DNA of 26,822 nt from Candidatus Hodarchaeota archaeon. Its GTDB lineage: Archaea; Asgardarchaeota; Heimdallarchaeia; Hodarchaeales; Hodarchaeaceae. The first letter of the stretch is position 1; each line of letters opens with the position of its first letter. The notes under the pieces are model-generated. The model was not told where the DNA came from, did no database searches, and saw only the letters and a list, made by a program, of their open reading frames with translations. Shown one piece after another: positions 6,463 through 15,333 of this stretch. The position numbers and the translations under genes are program-made. The stretch spans positions 1 through 26,822 of the forward strand of contig JAEOTC010000106.1 in assembly GCA_016840035.1 (NCBI GenBank), in the 5' to 3' direction.

Positions 6463-9153
6463 TTGTTCTCGATTGAAAATATTCAGAAGGTTAAACAGGT
6501 AAAGGATTTTGGTCAAGGTGACATAACAATCTTTTCCTTACACATTTTAGAAGATCTAGGACTAGACCTAGATCGCTTACCGTTTTCTATCCGTGTAATG
6601 CTAGAAAACGTCTTAAGAAGTTATGATGGCAAACTAATAACCGAGAAGGATGTTAGTACGGTGGCTTCATGGCCAAAGAAGCTAGGAGAGACAATCCCGT
6701 ATATGCCAGCTCGTGTATTATTACAAGATCTAACAGGTGTCCCACTAATCGTAGATATGGCTGCTATTAGAGAAGCTGTTTATAATCTAGGTGGAGATCC
6801 TGCTGAAATTAATCCACTTATCCCCACTGATTTAGTCATCGATCATTCAGTTCAGATTGATTATTTTGGTGTTACTGATGCCTACGAACAGAATTTGGAA
6901 AAAGAATATGAAAGAAACTCTGAAAGATATAAACTAATCAAATGGGCTCAGAATTCCTTTCAAAACACACGGATTGTACCAACAGGGTCTGGTATTTGTC
7001 ACCAAGTCAATTTAGAATATCTTGCTTCAGTTGTGGATATTCGTGAAGAAAATGGAGAGAAAATAGCGCTAGTAGACACGTGTGTTGGGACAGATTCACA
7101 CACACCCATGGTGAATGGAGTAAGTGTTATTGGTTGGGGTGTCGGGGGTATCGAAGCCGAAGCTGTTATGTTGGGTCAACCATATTATTTACCTCTCCCT
7201 GAAGTTGTCGGAGTTAAACTTTCTGGTGAACTTCCTGAAGGAACTACGGCAACTGACCTAGTTCTTACGATTACTGAGAATCTAAGAAAACGGAATCTTG
7301 TAGGAAAATTTGTGGAATATTTCGGTCCAGGAGTAGCAAACTTATCAGTTCCAGATCGTGCAACACTAAGCAATATGTCTCCAGAAATGGGAGTTACAGT
7401 TGGATTTTGGGCGATTGATCAACAAACTCTTAATTACATGGAATTGAGTGGTCGTGATCCTGAGCATATTGCATTTGTAAAGCAGTATGCACAAGATCAA
7501 AAGCTGTTTAGGACCATAGATACACCAGATCCTCACTTCACAGAAGTAGTAGAATTTGATCTCTCAAAAATTGTACCTTCCATTGCCGGACCACTAAACC
7601 CTGAAGAACATGTATCCTTATCAGATGCGAAAGAACGAGTACGTACATTTCTTGACGACCATTTAAAGACTAAGGATTCAGAGAAAAGACAAATTGAGAT
7701 TGACCTTGATGGGTTAACTTGGCCACTCAGGGATGGTGATTTAGTAATTGCTGCTATTACATCCTGCACAAATACTTCAAATCCTAGTGTGATGATAGGT
7801 GCAGGATTGCTTGCAAAAAATGCCGTTAAACTTGGATTGAGGGTGAAACCTACAATTAAAACCAGTCTTGCACCAGGGTCAAAAGTAGTAACCGATTATC
7901 TCGATGATCTACACCTAACTCCCTATTTAGAATCCTTGGGATTTCACCTTGTCGGATATGGGTGTACCAGCTGTATCGGAAATAGTGGTCCGCTTAGACC
8001 GGAGATAGAGGACGCTGTTAAATCTAATGATTTGTATGTTACCTCTATCCTTAGTGGAAATCGAAATTACGGCGGAAGAATTCATCAACTTACTCGAGGA
8101 AATTTTTTAGCTTCTCCTATGCTTGTTGTTGCATACGCACTGGCTGGCACGGTGGATATTGACCTATCAAAAGATCCTCTTAGTCATACACCAAATGGAA
8201 AACCCATTTACTTGAAAGATATTTGGCCTTCTGCTGATGAGATTAATTATGCCGTACAGAAAGGACTTTCTTCTGAGATATATATGAAGGAATATGCTCA
8301 AATTAGTGAAGGAGATCCTTACTGGAAAGCGTTGAAAGCCCCAACAACAACTTTATTCGAATGGGATGAAGAATCTACATATATTCGTAATCCTCCATTC
8401 TTTGAGGATCAGTACTTTTCTCTTAAACCTAAAACATTCAAAGATATCAAGGGAGCACGAGTTCTTGGGCTATTTCATGACAAAGTATCCACTGACCACA
8501 TTAGTCCTGCAGGAGCAATTGCGACCGAAAGCCCTGCTGGAACTCATTTGATATCCAAAGGTGTCCCAATTTCTGCTTTCAATACATATGGTAGTCGCAG
8601 GGGAAATCATGAAATTATGATGCGTGGTACTCTGGCGAATATTAGAGTGAGAAATCAACTCACTCCTTCTAAAGAGGGTTGGTGGACAATTCACCATCCA
8701 AGCGGGGAATTAACAAATTTCTACGATGCTGCAATGAAATATTCAGAGGATTCTACTCCAACAATTGTACTAGGATCAGCACTTTATGGAGTTGGAAGTT
8801 CTCGTGATTGGGCTGCGAAAGGGGTTGCTCTTCTTGGAGCACAAGCGGTCTTTGCGAAAAGTTTTGAAAGGATCCATAGGAGTAATCTTGTTGGCATGGG
8901 TGTTTTACCCCTCGAATTTGAGGAGGGTGAAGGATGGCAAGAGCTTGGATTAGATGGGACAGAAACCTATGATATTATCGGTCTCGAAGCAGGTTTATCT
9001 CCAAAGATGAAATTACAAGTTATCGCAAATAAGAATGATGGATCAACCATCAAATTCTCTGTGATCGCACGAGTAGATGCTGAAATCGAGATTGAATATT
9101 TTAAACACGGTGGAATTTTGCAATTCCTAGTAGCTTCTGTTATTAATAAATAA
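6463..9153 (+). CDS. acnA: Aconitate hydratase A (AcnA/IRP1 family)
   Basis: Motifs DHSVQ, GICHQVNLE, DSHT, TSCTNTSN, GCTSCIGNSG, SGNRN, TDHISPAG and GSSRDWAAKG; the three Fe-S Cys are present. The start is probably TTG 6463, after SD GAGGAG (6448-6453); the ORF track begins at 6439. Confidence 0.96.
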   Translation: MFSIENIQKVKQVKDFGQGDITIFSLHILEDLGLDLDRLPFSIRVMLENVLRSYDGKLITEKDVSTVASWPKKLGETIPYMPARVLLQDLTGVPLIVDMAAIREAVYNLGGDPAEINPLIPTDLVIDHSVQIDYFGVTDAYEQNLEKEYERNSERYKLIKWAQNSFQNTRIVPTGSGICHQVNLEYLASVVDIREENGEKIALVDTCVGTDSHTPMVNGVSVIGWGVGGIEAEAVMLGQPYYLPLPEVVGVKLSGELPEGTTATDLVLTITENLRKRNLVGKFVEYFGPGVANLSVPDRATLSNMSPEMGVTVGFWAIDQQTLNYMELSGRDPEHIAFVKQYAQDQKLFRTIDTPDPHFTEVVEFDLSKIVPSIAGPLNPEEHVSLSDAKERVRTFLDDHLKTKDSEKRQIEIDLDGLTWPLRDGDLVIAAITSCTNTSNPSVMIGAGLLAKNAVKLGLRVKPTIKTSLAPGSKVVTDYLDDLHLTPYLESLGFHLVGYGCTSCIGNSGPLRPEIEDAVKSNDLYVTSILSGNRNYGGRIHQLTRGNFLASPMLVVAYALAGTVDIDLSKDPLSHTPNGKPIYLKDIWPSADEINYAVQKGLSSEIYMKEYAQISEGDPYWKALKAPTTTLFEWDEESTYIRNPPFFEDQYFSLKPKTFKDIKGARVLGLFHDKVSTDHISPAGAIATESPAGTHLISKGVPISAFNTYGSRRGNHEIMMRGTLANIRVRNQLTPSKEGWWTIHHPSGELTNFYDAAMKYSEDSTPTIVLGSALYGVGSSRDWAAKGVALLGAQAVFAKSFERIHRSNLVGMGVLPLEFEEGEGWQELGLDGTETYDIIGLEAGLSPKMKLQVIANKNDGSTIKFSVIARVDAEIEIEYFKHGGILQFLVASVINK

Positions 9154-9154
9154 T

Positions 9155-9188
9155 CTTGGGGGATTTGCTTTTTCTTAAAATCCCCAAG
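9155..9188. terminator. Hairpin between convergent acnA and the DinB gene (possible bidirectional terminator)
   Basis: CTTGGGG(G)ATTT ... AAATCCCCAAG forms an 11-bp stem with one bulged G. The right arm overlaps the last codons of the DinB gene and a T-rich tract follows. Confidence 0.55.
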
Positions 9189-9696
9189 CTCCTTTTTCTC
9201 TCGCCCTTTTTATTTCTAGAATTTGGCCCGCATGTGTAAATACGTGGTTAAAGTGAAGAACGAATACTTTCATATGATTTCGATTTTTCCAATGCGGGGG
9301 TAGCATTGAATCATCTGGAAATTCCTCTAACCAGTTTTCATCTTTCGTCATAAGTTCCTCAACAATTTTTCCAGTTACTTGTTTAAAATTCTCAAATAAA
9401 TCATTAAGTGAATACTCCTTAGGAAATCCTCCCTCTGTAGCAAATCCGAATGTATTATAAAATTCTTCAGGAAGCAGAGGATCATTTCTGAGAAATAATT
9501 GATTAACTATTTGCTCGTGAGAGACTAAGACATGGCCTACGATCCAACCTGCTGCAGGTGCTTGTGGAGAGTTATCCTCTCTCCTCCAACTCAGGTCTTC
9601 ATGAGTCATATCCTTTGTAACAAACTTGATTTGATTTTCTAAGGCAAAACAAAATGATCGAATTACTGTCATGGCTCTTACTAGATCCACCTCCAA
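9175..9696 (-). CDS. DinB/YfiT-like four-helix-bundle metalloprotein
   Basis: GWIVGHV near the N-terminal third and HFNHVFTHAGQI near the C-terminus give the His triad typical of the DinB superfamily. Confidence 0.8.
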   Translation of the reverse strand: MEVDLVRAMTVIRSFCFALENQIKFVTKDMTHEDLSWRREDNSPQAPAAGWIVGHVLVSHEQIVNQLFLRNDPLLPEEFYNTFGFATEGGFPKEYSLNDLFENFKQVTGKIVEELMTKDENWLEEFPDDSMLPPHWKNRNHMKVFVLHFNHVFTHAGQILEIKRAREKGAWGF

Positions 9697-9806
9697 AAAA
9701 TTGACATAATAAGTGAGAACGAAATGGGTGGTATTTTAAATTTTTCAGGTAGAACAAAGTTCCTATAAGAATTCGAATGTAAAGTCTTCATATACGGGTT
9801 TGTTAA

Positions 9807-10436
9807 ATGAGGTTCATAAAAAAGAAGATTTCATTTCTTCTAGTCCCCTTTTTCGTTCTTTTGATAAGTATTCTTTTATTAAATATACTTTCATTAATTG
9901 AACCAGATCCAATGGACACAATTTGGGAAACACGTCAATTAATTATTGGCTTGTTTGTTTTTACGAGTTTTTCCTTTATTCCTGGATTCATTCAATTATC
10001 CTTCCTTAATTCCTATCCTTGGTTACATGTAAATCTTTCTCACCACTCTGATTTGTTCAAAAAGCATGAATTAAGGTATAAGAATTCATATTTTTGTGTT
10101 GGTTGCTTAGGATCAACGATTAGTATATTGCTAGGGAATTGTATTCTAATTCTCTATTTCTACTTTCCGTCTTCATTTTCGACCATAAATGTCACTCTTC
10201 TCTTTGAAGTAGGGTTACTTATTATTTTGGGTGCCTACAGTAGATATTTCACTGAGTTTTCTGCTAAGATACGATTAATGCAACATACGTGCCTATTTTT
10301 TGGATTATCGATTCTCATAATTGTAGAAGACATCGTTTTTCAATCTGCATTATTTGCTGTATTACTATTACCTAGTTGGCTTTGTTTTTTACTCGTCCGA
10401 GTGAAATTAAGTAAAATTGATCACATAGAACACTAA
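9807..10436 (+). CDS. Multi-pass membrane protein with HH...H...CxxC motif (DUF2085-like, putative metal binding)
   Basis: About 6 hydrophobic segments and the loop LSHHSDLFKKHELRYKNSYFCVGCLG. Confidence 0.65.
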   Translation: MRFIKKKISFLLVPFFVLLISILLLNILSLIEPDPMDTIWETRQLIIGLFVFTSFSFIPGFIQLSFLNSYPWLHVNLSHHSDLFKKHELRYKNSYFCVGCLGSTISILLGNCILILYFYFPSSFSTINVTLLFEVGLLIILGAYSRYFTEFSAKIRLMQHTCLFFGLSILIIVEDIVFQSALFAVLLLPSWLCFLLVRVKLSKIDHIEH

Positions 10437-10522
10437 TGATCACATATTTTTTTTCTGTAATTAGGAGAGGACAATTTTTAATCTAATAAAATGCTTTGCA
10501 ATTTAGTTATTAGTGGTTAATA

Positions 10523-11248
10523 TTGATCGAGCTTAATTTGGCAAGTACTGTTGGTTTGTGGATACTAGCAGTCCTCCTAGGTCTTAAACATTCTTTTGAT
10601 GCTGATCATCTGGTAGCAGTAACAGGAGTTCTAAGTAATGCGCCAAATTCCAAATACACCACTAGATTGAGCATTAGTTGGGCATTAGGCCATATGATCA
10701 CGGCTTCAATACTAACCATAATATTATTTTCATTTAAAGAAACCTTGTTAAAAGAGATATTGAGTAATGCGGAGCTTATTGTTCCTTTTATGCTGATAGT
10801 GATCGCAGCGCTAACAATAGCTTGGGAGTTTGAACTTCTTCATTTTCATCGACATGAACATACACAAACAGACATTGAAGAAACTAAAGGGCACACCCAT
10901 CTTCATTTTCACCTTCCGAATTTATCTGAACATGGTACGATGATGGGGATAGGTATTATTCATGGTTTAGCAAGTAATGATGAATTATTACTGCTTTTTA
11001 CTCTTACACTCGGAATTAATGAGTTATGGGCGATTTTGGTTGGAGTAGTATTTTTCACCGTCGGTGTTATCGGTGGTATGGTTATGTACGGGTGGTTGAT
11101 AAATTTTCCAAGCCAACGCTGGGGAGAAAAACGTGTAACTCGTGTAATTAACTTATCAATTGCTTCTGTGACCATAATTTATGCAATCTGGTTATTACTT
11201 GGTCTTGAGGGTCTAAATATTGTCGATGCTTTTCGCTCATTATTCTGA
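10523..11248 (+). CDS. Nickel/cobalt transporter (NiCoT/HoxN-UreH-like)
   Basis: GLKHSFDADH signature, WALGH, a His-rich loop (HFHRHEH...HTHLHFH) and GIIHGLA. Confidence 0.82.
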   Translation: MIELNLASTVGLWILAVLLGLKHSFDADHLVAVTGVLSNAPNSKYTTRLSISWALGHMITASILTIILFSFKETLLKEILSNAELIVPFMLIVIAALTIAWEFELLHFHRHEHTQTDIEETKGHTHLHFHLPNLSEHGTMMGIGIIHGLASNDELLLLFTLTLGINELWAILVGVVFFTVGVIGGMVMYGWLINFPSQRWGEKRVTRVINLSIASVTIIYAIWLLLGLEGLNIVDAFRSLF

Positions 11249-11296
11249 AGTGAGACAGAGTACAATTAAAAACCCTTTTTTTCCTTTCTCTAAATA

Positions 11297-12055
11297 GTGG
11301 TTGGTATCATGGTTGCCTATGAAATTGCAGTAATGTTTTATGGTACTGTTGCTGGGTTGGCAACACTATTAGGAATCCTTCTCATGCGCGGAAAGCAGTC
11401 ATGGGCAATTGAAAGATCTCAATATGTTAACTCCTTTGCCGCTGGGTTAATTTTAGCATTAGTCTTTTTTCATTTAATGCCTGAAGCTGCAGATCTAACA
11501 GAAATTGCTTTTCCAATAATTTTTATTGGATTTTTTGGTTTTTATTTCTTAGAAAACTTCATTGTAATTCACTCTGGAAGTGAATTGCATTTTCATGAAA
11601 GCGATCCATGTTTACAACATTCTTCTGAAATTAATGGTTATATGGCCTTCTCAGGATTAGCCTTTCATTCTTTTATCGACGGAATCATCATTGGAGTTGG
11701 ATTTGAACTTGGAACAGAAATTGGAGTACTCGCAGCTTTTGCAGTGATAGCTCATGAAGTTCCTGAAGGGGTCACCTCATTCGCTCTGATTAACGAAACA
11801 ATTCCTGATAAATCATTTTTATTCTCATTGATTGTTGCTCTGGTAACACCCATCGGCGCACTGATCTCTCTAACGTTTATTCATAATTTGAATGAAGAAT
11901 TAATTGGTGCATTATTAGCTTTGGCAGCTGGAACGTTCATTTACATTTCTGCATCAGATCTGATTCCTCAGACACATGGAACTCACAATTTACGGATAAT
12001 GGGAGCATTTCTACTTGGTGCGGTTGTAATTATCCTTATTTCGTTGATCTCATAG
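11297..12055 (+). CDS. ZIP family divalent metal (Zn/Fe) transporter
   Basis: FAAGLIL, HLMPEA, HSFIDG, AHEVPEG and GTFIYISASDLIP. The start may be ATG 11309. Confidence 0.92.
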   Translation: MVGIMVAYEIAVMFYGTVAGLATLLGILLMRGKQSWAIERSQYVNSFAAGLILALVFFHLMPEAADLTEIAFPIIFIGFFGFYFLENFIVIHSGSELHFHESDPCLQHSSEINGYMAFSGLAFHSFIDGIIIGVGFELGTEIGVLAAFAVIAHEVPEGVTSFALINETIPDKSFLFSLIVALVTPIGALISLTFIHNLNEELIGALLALAAGTFIYISASDLIPQTHGTHNLRIMGAFLLGAVVIILISLIS

Positions 12056-12063
12056 TACTAGGA

Positions 12064-12948
12064 TCATACTAGTGATTTCACGTCTGCAGTTGCTATTTCC
12101 TTAGTTTTCCGATTCACGAGAAAGTTTCCTATCCAAACAAAGAGGATGGCTACTACAAAACTGATAATTGGAAGTCGAAATAGATAATCATTTTCAGGTT
12201 GAAGGTATAGAACTAAAAGTGTTGTGGCAAGACTTGGGAAGAAAAGATAAGCCCCAGTTCGAAGAAACCAAAATCCATTCGATCCTAATTGGGGTACATA
12301 ATGTCTAGTTAACCCTCCAAATGATGCTGCATCAGCTATTATGTTACCCATCGCTTCATCGTTAGGATGTCCATCTGGAAAATGGACAAGCACCCGTCTG
12401 AATTTTCTACGAAATAATCCAAACGAGAGGAGTTCAAATAAACCAAAGAAGATTGCAAGTACAAATTCAATTCCCAAAGCTACCAGGGGAATAAAATAAG
12501 GTGCTAAATATATTATCAGAAGGAAAACGGCCACTATGGCGAAAAATGCAATTAGAGCTCCAACACTATCACTATTTGAATCACAATCGCTATTTGTATT
12601 GCAACTACCAGTATTACAATCAGAACTAGAACCACTTGATCGACATCCACCTGATGAGGTTCTACCTGTTCTTGTTCCCGATGTACGTCCTCTAGATCTA
12701 CTTTTTGTATAACTTGAGGGTGAAGATCGCGTTGTACGACCACAATTGATATCTCCACAATAATAATAACCTCGACAGCAGGATTCATCTACCATAGCGG
12801 CTCCTGTCCCATCCCCAAATTCCTGTATCTCTTGACGAGCGCATACGGTGTCTCTTGCTGCCAATGCCATTACGTCAGCTTTCACCCCATGTTGAGAACA
12901 TATTTCAGATATTGTATTGGCTGATATTCCATTAAATTCTAATTCCAT
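12064..12948 (-). CDS. Hypothetical membrane protein with a Cys/Ser/Gly/Arg low-complexity N-terminal region and about 4 TM helices
   Basis: SD-like GGTGA upstream and a 16-nt gap from the channel gene. Ten Cys occur in the first ~125 aa, followed by hydrophobic helices. Confidence 0.7.
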   Translation of the reverse strand: MELEFNGISANTISEICSQHGVKADVMALAARDTVCARQEIQEFGDGTGAAMVDESCCRGYYYCGDINCGRTTRSSPSSYTKSRSRGRTSGTRTGRTSSGGCRSSGSSSDCNTGSCNTNSDCDSNSDSVGALIAFFAIVAVFLLIIYLAPYFIPLVALGIEFVLAIFFGLFELLSFGLFRRKFRRVLVHFPDGHPNDEAMGNIIADAASFGGLTRHYVPQLGSNGFWFLRTGAYLFFPSLATTLLVLYLQPENDYLFRLPIISFVVAILFVWIGNFLVNRKTKEIATADVKSLV

Positions 12949-12964
12949 GCTTCTTCACCAGACT

Positions 12965-13990
12965 TTAGCTAAATTGGGTTTTTAATTGCCTTAAAGATTT
13001 GATTTCACCAAGAGTTAACAAGATTGAACCAGGATTGATTTTTTCATTTGGTTCAGGGTGAGGTTGATTATCTATTGCGAGTATAGTTATATCGAACTGA
13101 CTCTCTATCTCTCCAACATTTAAAGGTGAGGCGCGTTTCTCAGGGGATATTTCTATTTCCATAAGGTGAATGTCTTTTTTTCCCTTTTTAGACTTTAATG
13201 TTTGAATTATCCCATCCTCAAAGCTAGTAGCTACAAATGCTGGTGCGGCTATCGCACTTGTACTTAATGCTGCGTCAATATCAAACAATTCGGTCACCTT
13301 TTTCGAGAAAGCAACATCAAATGCCCGAATCACTGTACGCAACGTAGGATTCATTTCTTTAGCTATAGTAGCAATTTTAAAATTCACTAAATCGTCATTT
13401 GTAACTGCTATCAATGCCCTCGCTCTTTTAATATTTGCTTTTTCAAGTATTTGACGTTGAGTAGCATCACCGAAAATTAAAGCAATTGAAGGATGTTCTA
13501 GTAACTCATTAATCAATTCTGTTGATTTTCCATCCTCCAAAGTAATTACAGTGGTTTCAATGCCGTCTTCTTTCAGTTCATTTAGAACTCGATTCCCAAC
13601 ATTGCCTAACCCAACCAATATTGTATGCCGCTCCATATCCTGTGCCAACCAGTTATTCCAAGCTTCTATTCGATATCTGTATGTGAATACGATCATTCCA
13701 AACTCGAGAATTCCAATTCCTATTAATAAAAGGCCTAAGAATGGGTATACAACGAATAGAAGTTTAATTATAATATCACCCCCATGGGGGAAACTGTATA
13801 CCTCTAGAGAGAGTAAAAGCGAGATTGTAGCTAAGATATTGTCGATTATAGTACCAGTATATTCAGGATCAAACGAGGGGAGGTAGTACCATTGAAAAAT
13901 AAGGCTCCCTAACACGATTGTTCCTAGAAGAAGTGCAATTGCATTTCTTAGCTGTTTAAATGCCAGAATAATCGATCTAACTTTTTTCAC
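12965..13990 (-). CDS. Two-TM channel-like protein with RCK (TrkA_N/TrkA_C) domains
   Basis: TM, pore-like helix, TM, then HTILVGLGNVG, GDAT, A..LIAVTNDDLVN and a C-terminal TrkA_C-like region. No TVGYG filter. Confidence 0.82.
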   Translation of the reverse strand: MKKVRSIILAFKQLRNAIALLLGTIVLGSLIFQWYYLPSFDPEYTGTIIDNILATISLLLSLEVYSFPHGGDIIIKLLFVVYPFLGLLLIGIGILEFGMIVFTYRYRIEAWNNWLAQDMERHTILVGLGNVGNRVLNELKEDGIETTVITLEDGKSTELINELLEHPSIALIFGDATQRQILEKANIKRARALIAVTNDDLVNFKIATIAKEMNPTLRTVIRAFDVAFSKKVTELFDIDAALSTSAIAAPAFVATSFEDGIIQTLKSKKGKKDIHLMEIEISPEKRASPLNVGEIESQFDITILAIDNQPHPEPNEKINPGSILLTLGEIKSLRQLKTQFS

Positions 13991-14091
13991 ATGTTTACGG
14001 AAATTATCGCTTTATTATCTTTTATGGTTGCGTAACATTGTGCAGTTAGAGAAAAAATTCAAGAAAAAACTCCAAGAGAGAGGAAACTTGA

Positions 14092-14943
14092 GTGAAATCA
14101 ATGCGTAGAATTGTCATAGGGGGTAATTGGAAAATGCAAGTCACTTCCACAACTGAAGCTGTGAGTATTGCTGATGACATTGCTCAGGGGTTATCTACAT
14201 TATCATCAGTGCATGTATTTATCGCTCCCTCTTTTACCGAGTTATATTCGGTGAATAAAGCGGTTAAAGAGACTCAGTTAAAACTTGCGGGGCAAAATAT
14301 GTATTACCATGAAAAAGGAGCTTTTACCGGCCAAATTTCACCTCTTTCTTTAGCAAATCTTGTGGATTATGTAATTTTGGGGCACTCTGAACCTCGACGC
14401 ATATTCGGGGAAACAGATGAATTTATCCGTCAAAAACTATTGAAAGCTCTTGAAATCGGGTTGATTCCAGTTCTTTGTTTGGGTGAAACAGCTAAAGAAC
14501 GGGAAGAAGGAAATACAAAAGCTATTCTTCATCAACAGCTTGCAGGAAGCTTAAAAGGATTACAAATCGAAAAGATGAAGATGATTATCTTAGCATACGA
14601 ACCAGTCTGGGCGATTAATAACAAATTTCTAAATCCTGATACTGAAATTCGGCCTGCTACACCTATAGAGGCAAACGAAACCCATACAATTATTCGAGAT
14701 TGGTTAAAAAATGAATTTGGTGCACCAGTAGCTGAAGAGATTTCAATAATCTATGGAGGTAGTATGAATGCCCAGAATGCCAAAGAATTGTTGGCACTAG
14801 ACCAAATAGATGGTGGCTTAATAGGTGGAGCATCTTTGTCTGCTGAGAAATTTTTACCCATTATTAGGACTGCAGCTCATTTGTTGGAAAATCGTTCGAC
14901 GGATTACAGATGGGAAAGTAATACTTTGCGTTTTGATGAATAA
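14092..14943 (+). CDS. tpiA: Triosephosphate isomerase, bacterial/eukaryotic type, with an atypical loop 6
   Basis: GNWKM, GAFTG, ILGHSE, AYEPVWAI, YGGS and GGASL; the catalytic Lys, His and Glu are present. The start is GTG 14092 or ATG 14101. Confidence 0.9.
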   Translation: MKSMRRIVIGGNWKMQVTSTTEAVSIADDIAQGLSTLSSVHVFIAPSFTELYSVNKAVKETQLKLAGQNMYYHEKGAFTGQISPLSLANLVDYVILGHSEPRRIFGETDEFIRQKLLKALEIGLIPVLCLGETAKEREEGNTKAILHQQLAGSLKGLQIEKMKMIILAYEPVWAINNKFLNPDTEIRPATPIEANETHTIIRDWLKNEFGAPVAEEISIIYGGSMNAQNAKELLALDQIDGGLIGGASLSAEKFLPIIRTAAHLLENRSTDYRWESNTLRFDE

Positions 14944-15002
14944 CCATCTCGCTTTAATTTAAATAATAAGGTTAGAAAAATAGTCGTTCTTCCCTGAAAG
15001 CA

Positions 15003-15058
15003 TTTTTATAGCTGTCTGTCATTCAGAATAATTCATCTGGGTCATAACATGACTAGAT
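15003..15058 (+). promoter_or_regulatory. TATA-like box and short 5' hairpin upstream of dodecin
   Basis: TTTTTATA (15003-15010), then about 25 nt later ATCTG(G)GTCAT-aac-ATGACTAGAT (15035-15058). Confidence 0.35.
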
Positions 15059-15084
15059 TATAACTAAAAAGAAGAGTGATTAAT

Positions 15085-15291
15085 ATGGAATCCACGTACA
15101 AGCTGATTACTTTGGTGGGTAGTAGCCCAAATAGTTTCGAAGAAGCAATTCAAAACGCTGTTAGTGACGCATCGAAATCACTACGGGATCTACGCATTGC
15201 CTCAGTAGAAAAGCAAGATTGCAAGATTGAAAATGGGAAAATTGTTGCCTACAGGGTTAGGTTTACGCTCTCATTCAAGTATGAGGTCTAA
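15085..15291 (+). CDS. Dodecin (flavin-binding protein)
   Basis: TYKLITLVGSSPNSFEEAIQNAV..ASKSLRDL...YRVRFTLSF is a dodecin pattern at about 68 aa. ATG 15085 is favoured over GTG 15076. Confidence 0.92.
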   Translation: MESTYKLITLVGSSPNSFEEAIQNAVSDASKSLRDLRIASVEKQDCKIENGKIVAYRVRFTLSFKYEV

Positions 15292-15333
15292 AGATAATTT
15301 TTCCAATTTCTACTTTTTTTTCTTGTCATCTCC

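Noticed and set aside
10418-10446. Direct repeat TGATCACATA x2 (10418-10427 and 10437-10446) spanning a stop codon
   Set aside because: Only two copies 19 bp apart with nothing mobile between them. It is probably a small local duplication or chance, not CRISPR or a target-site duplication.
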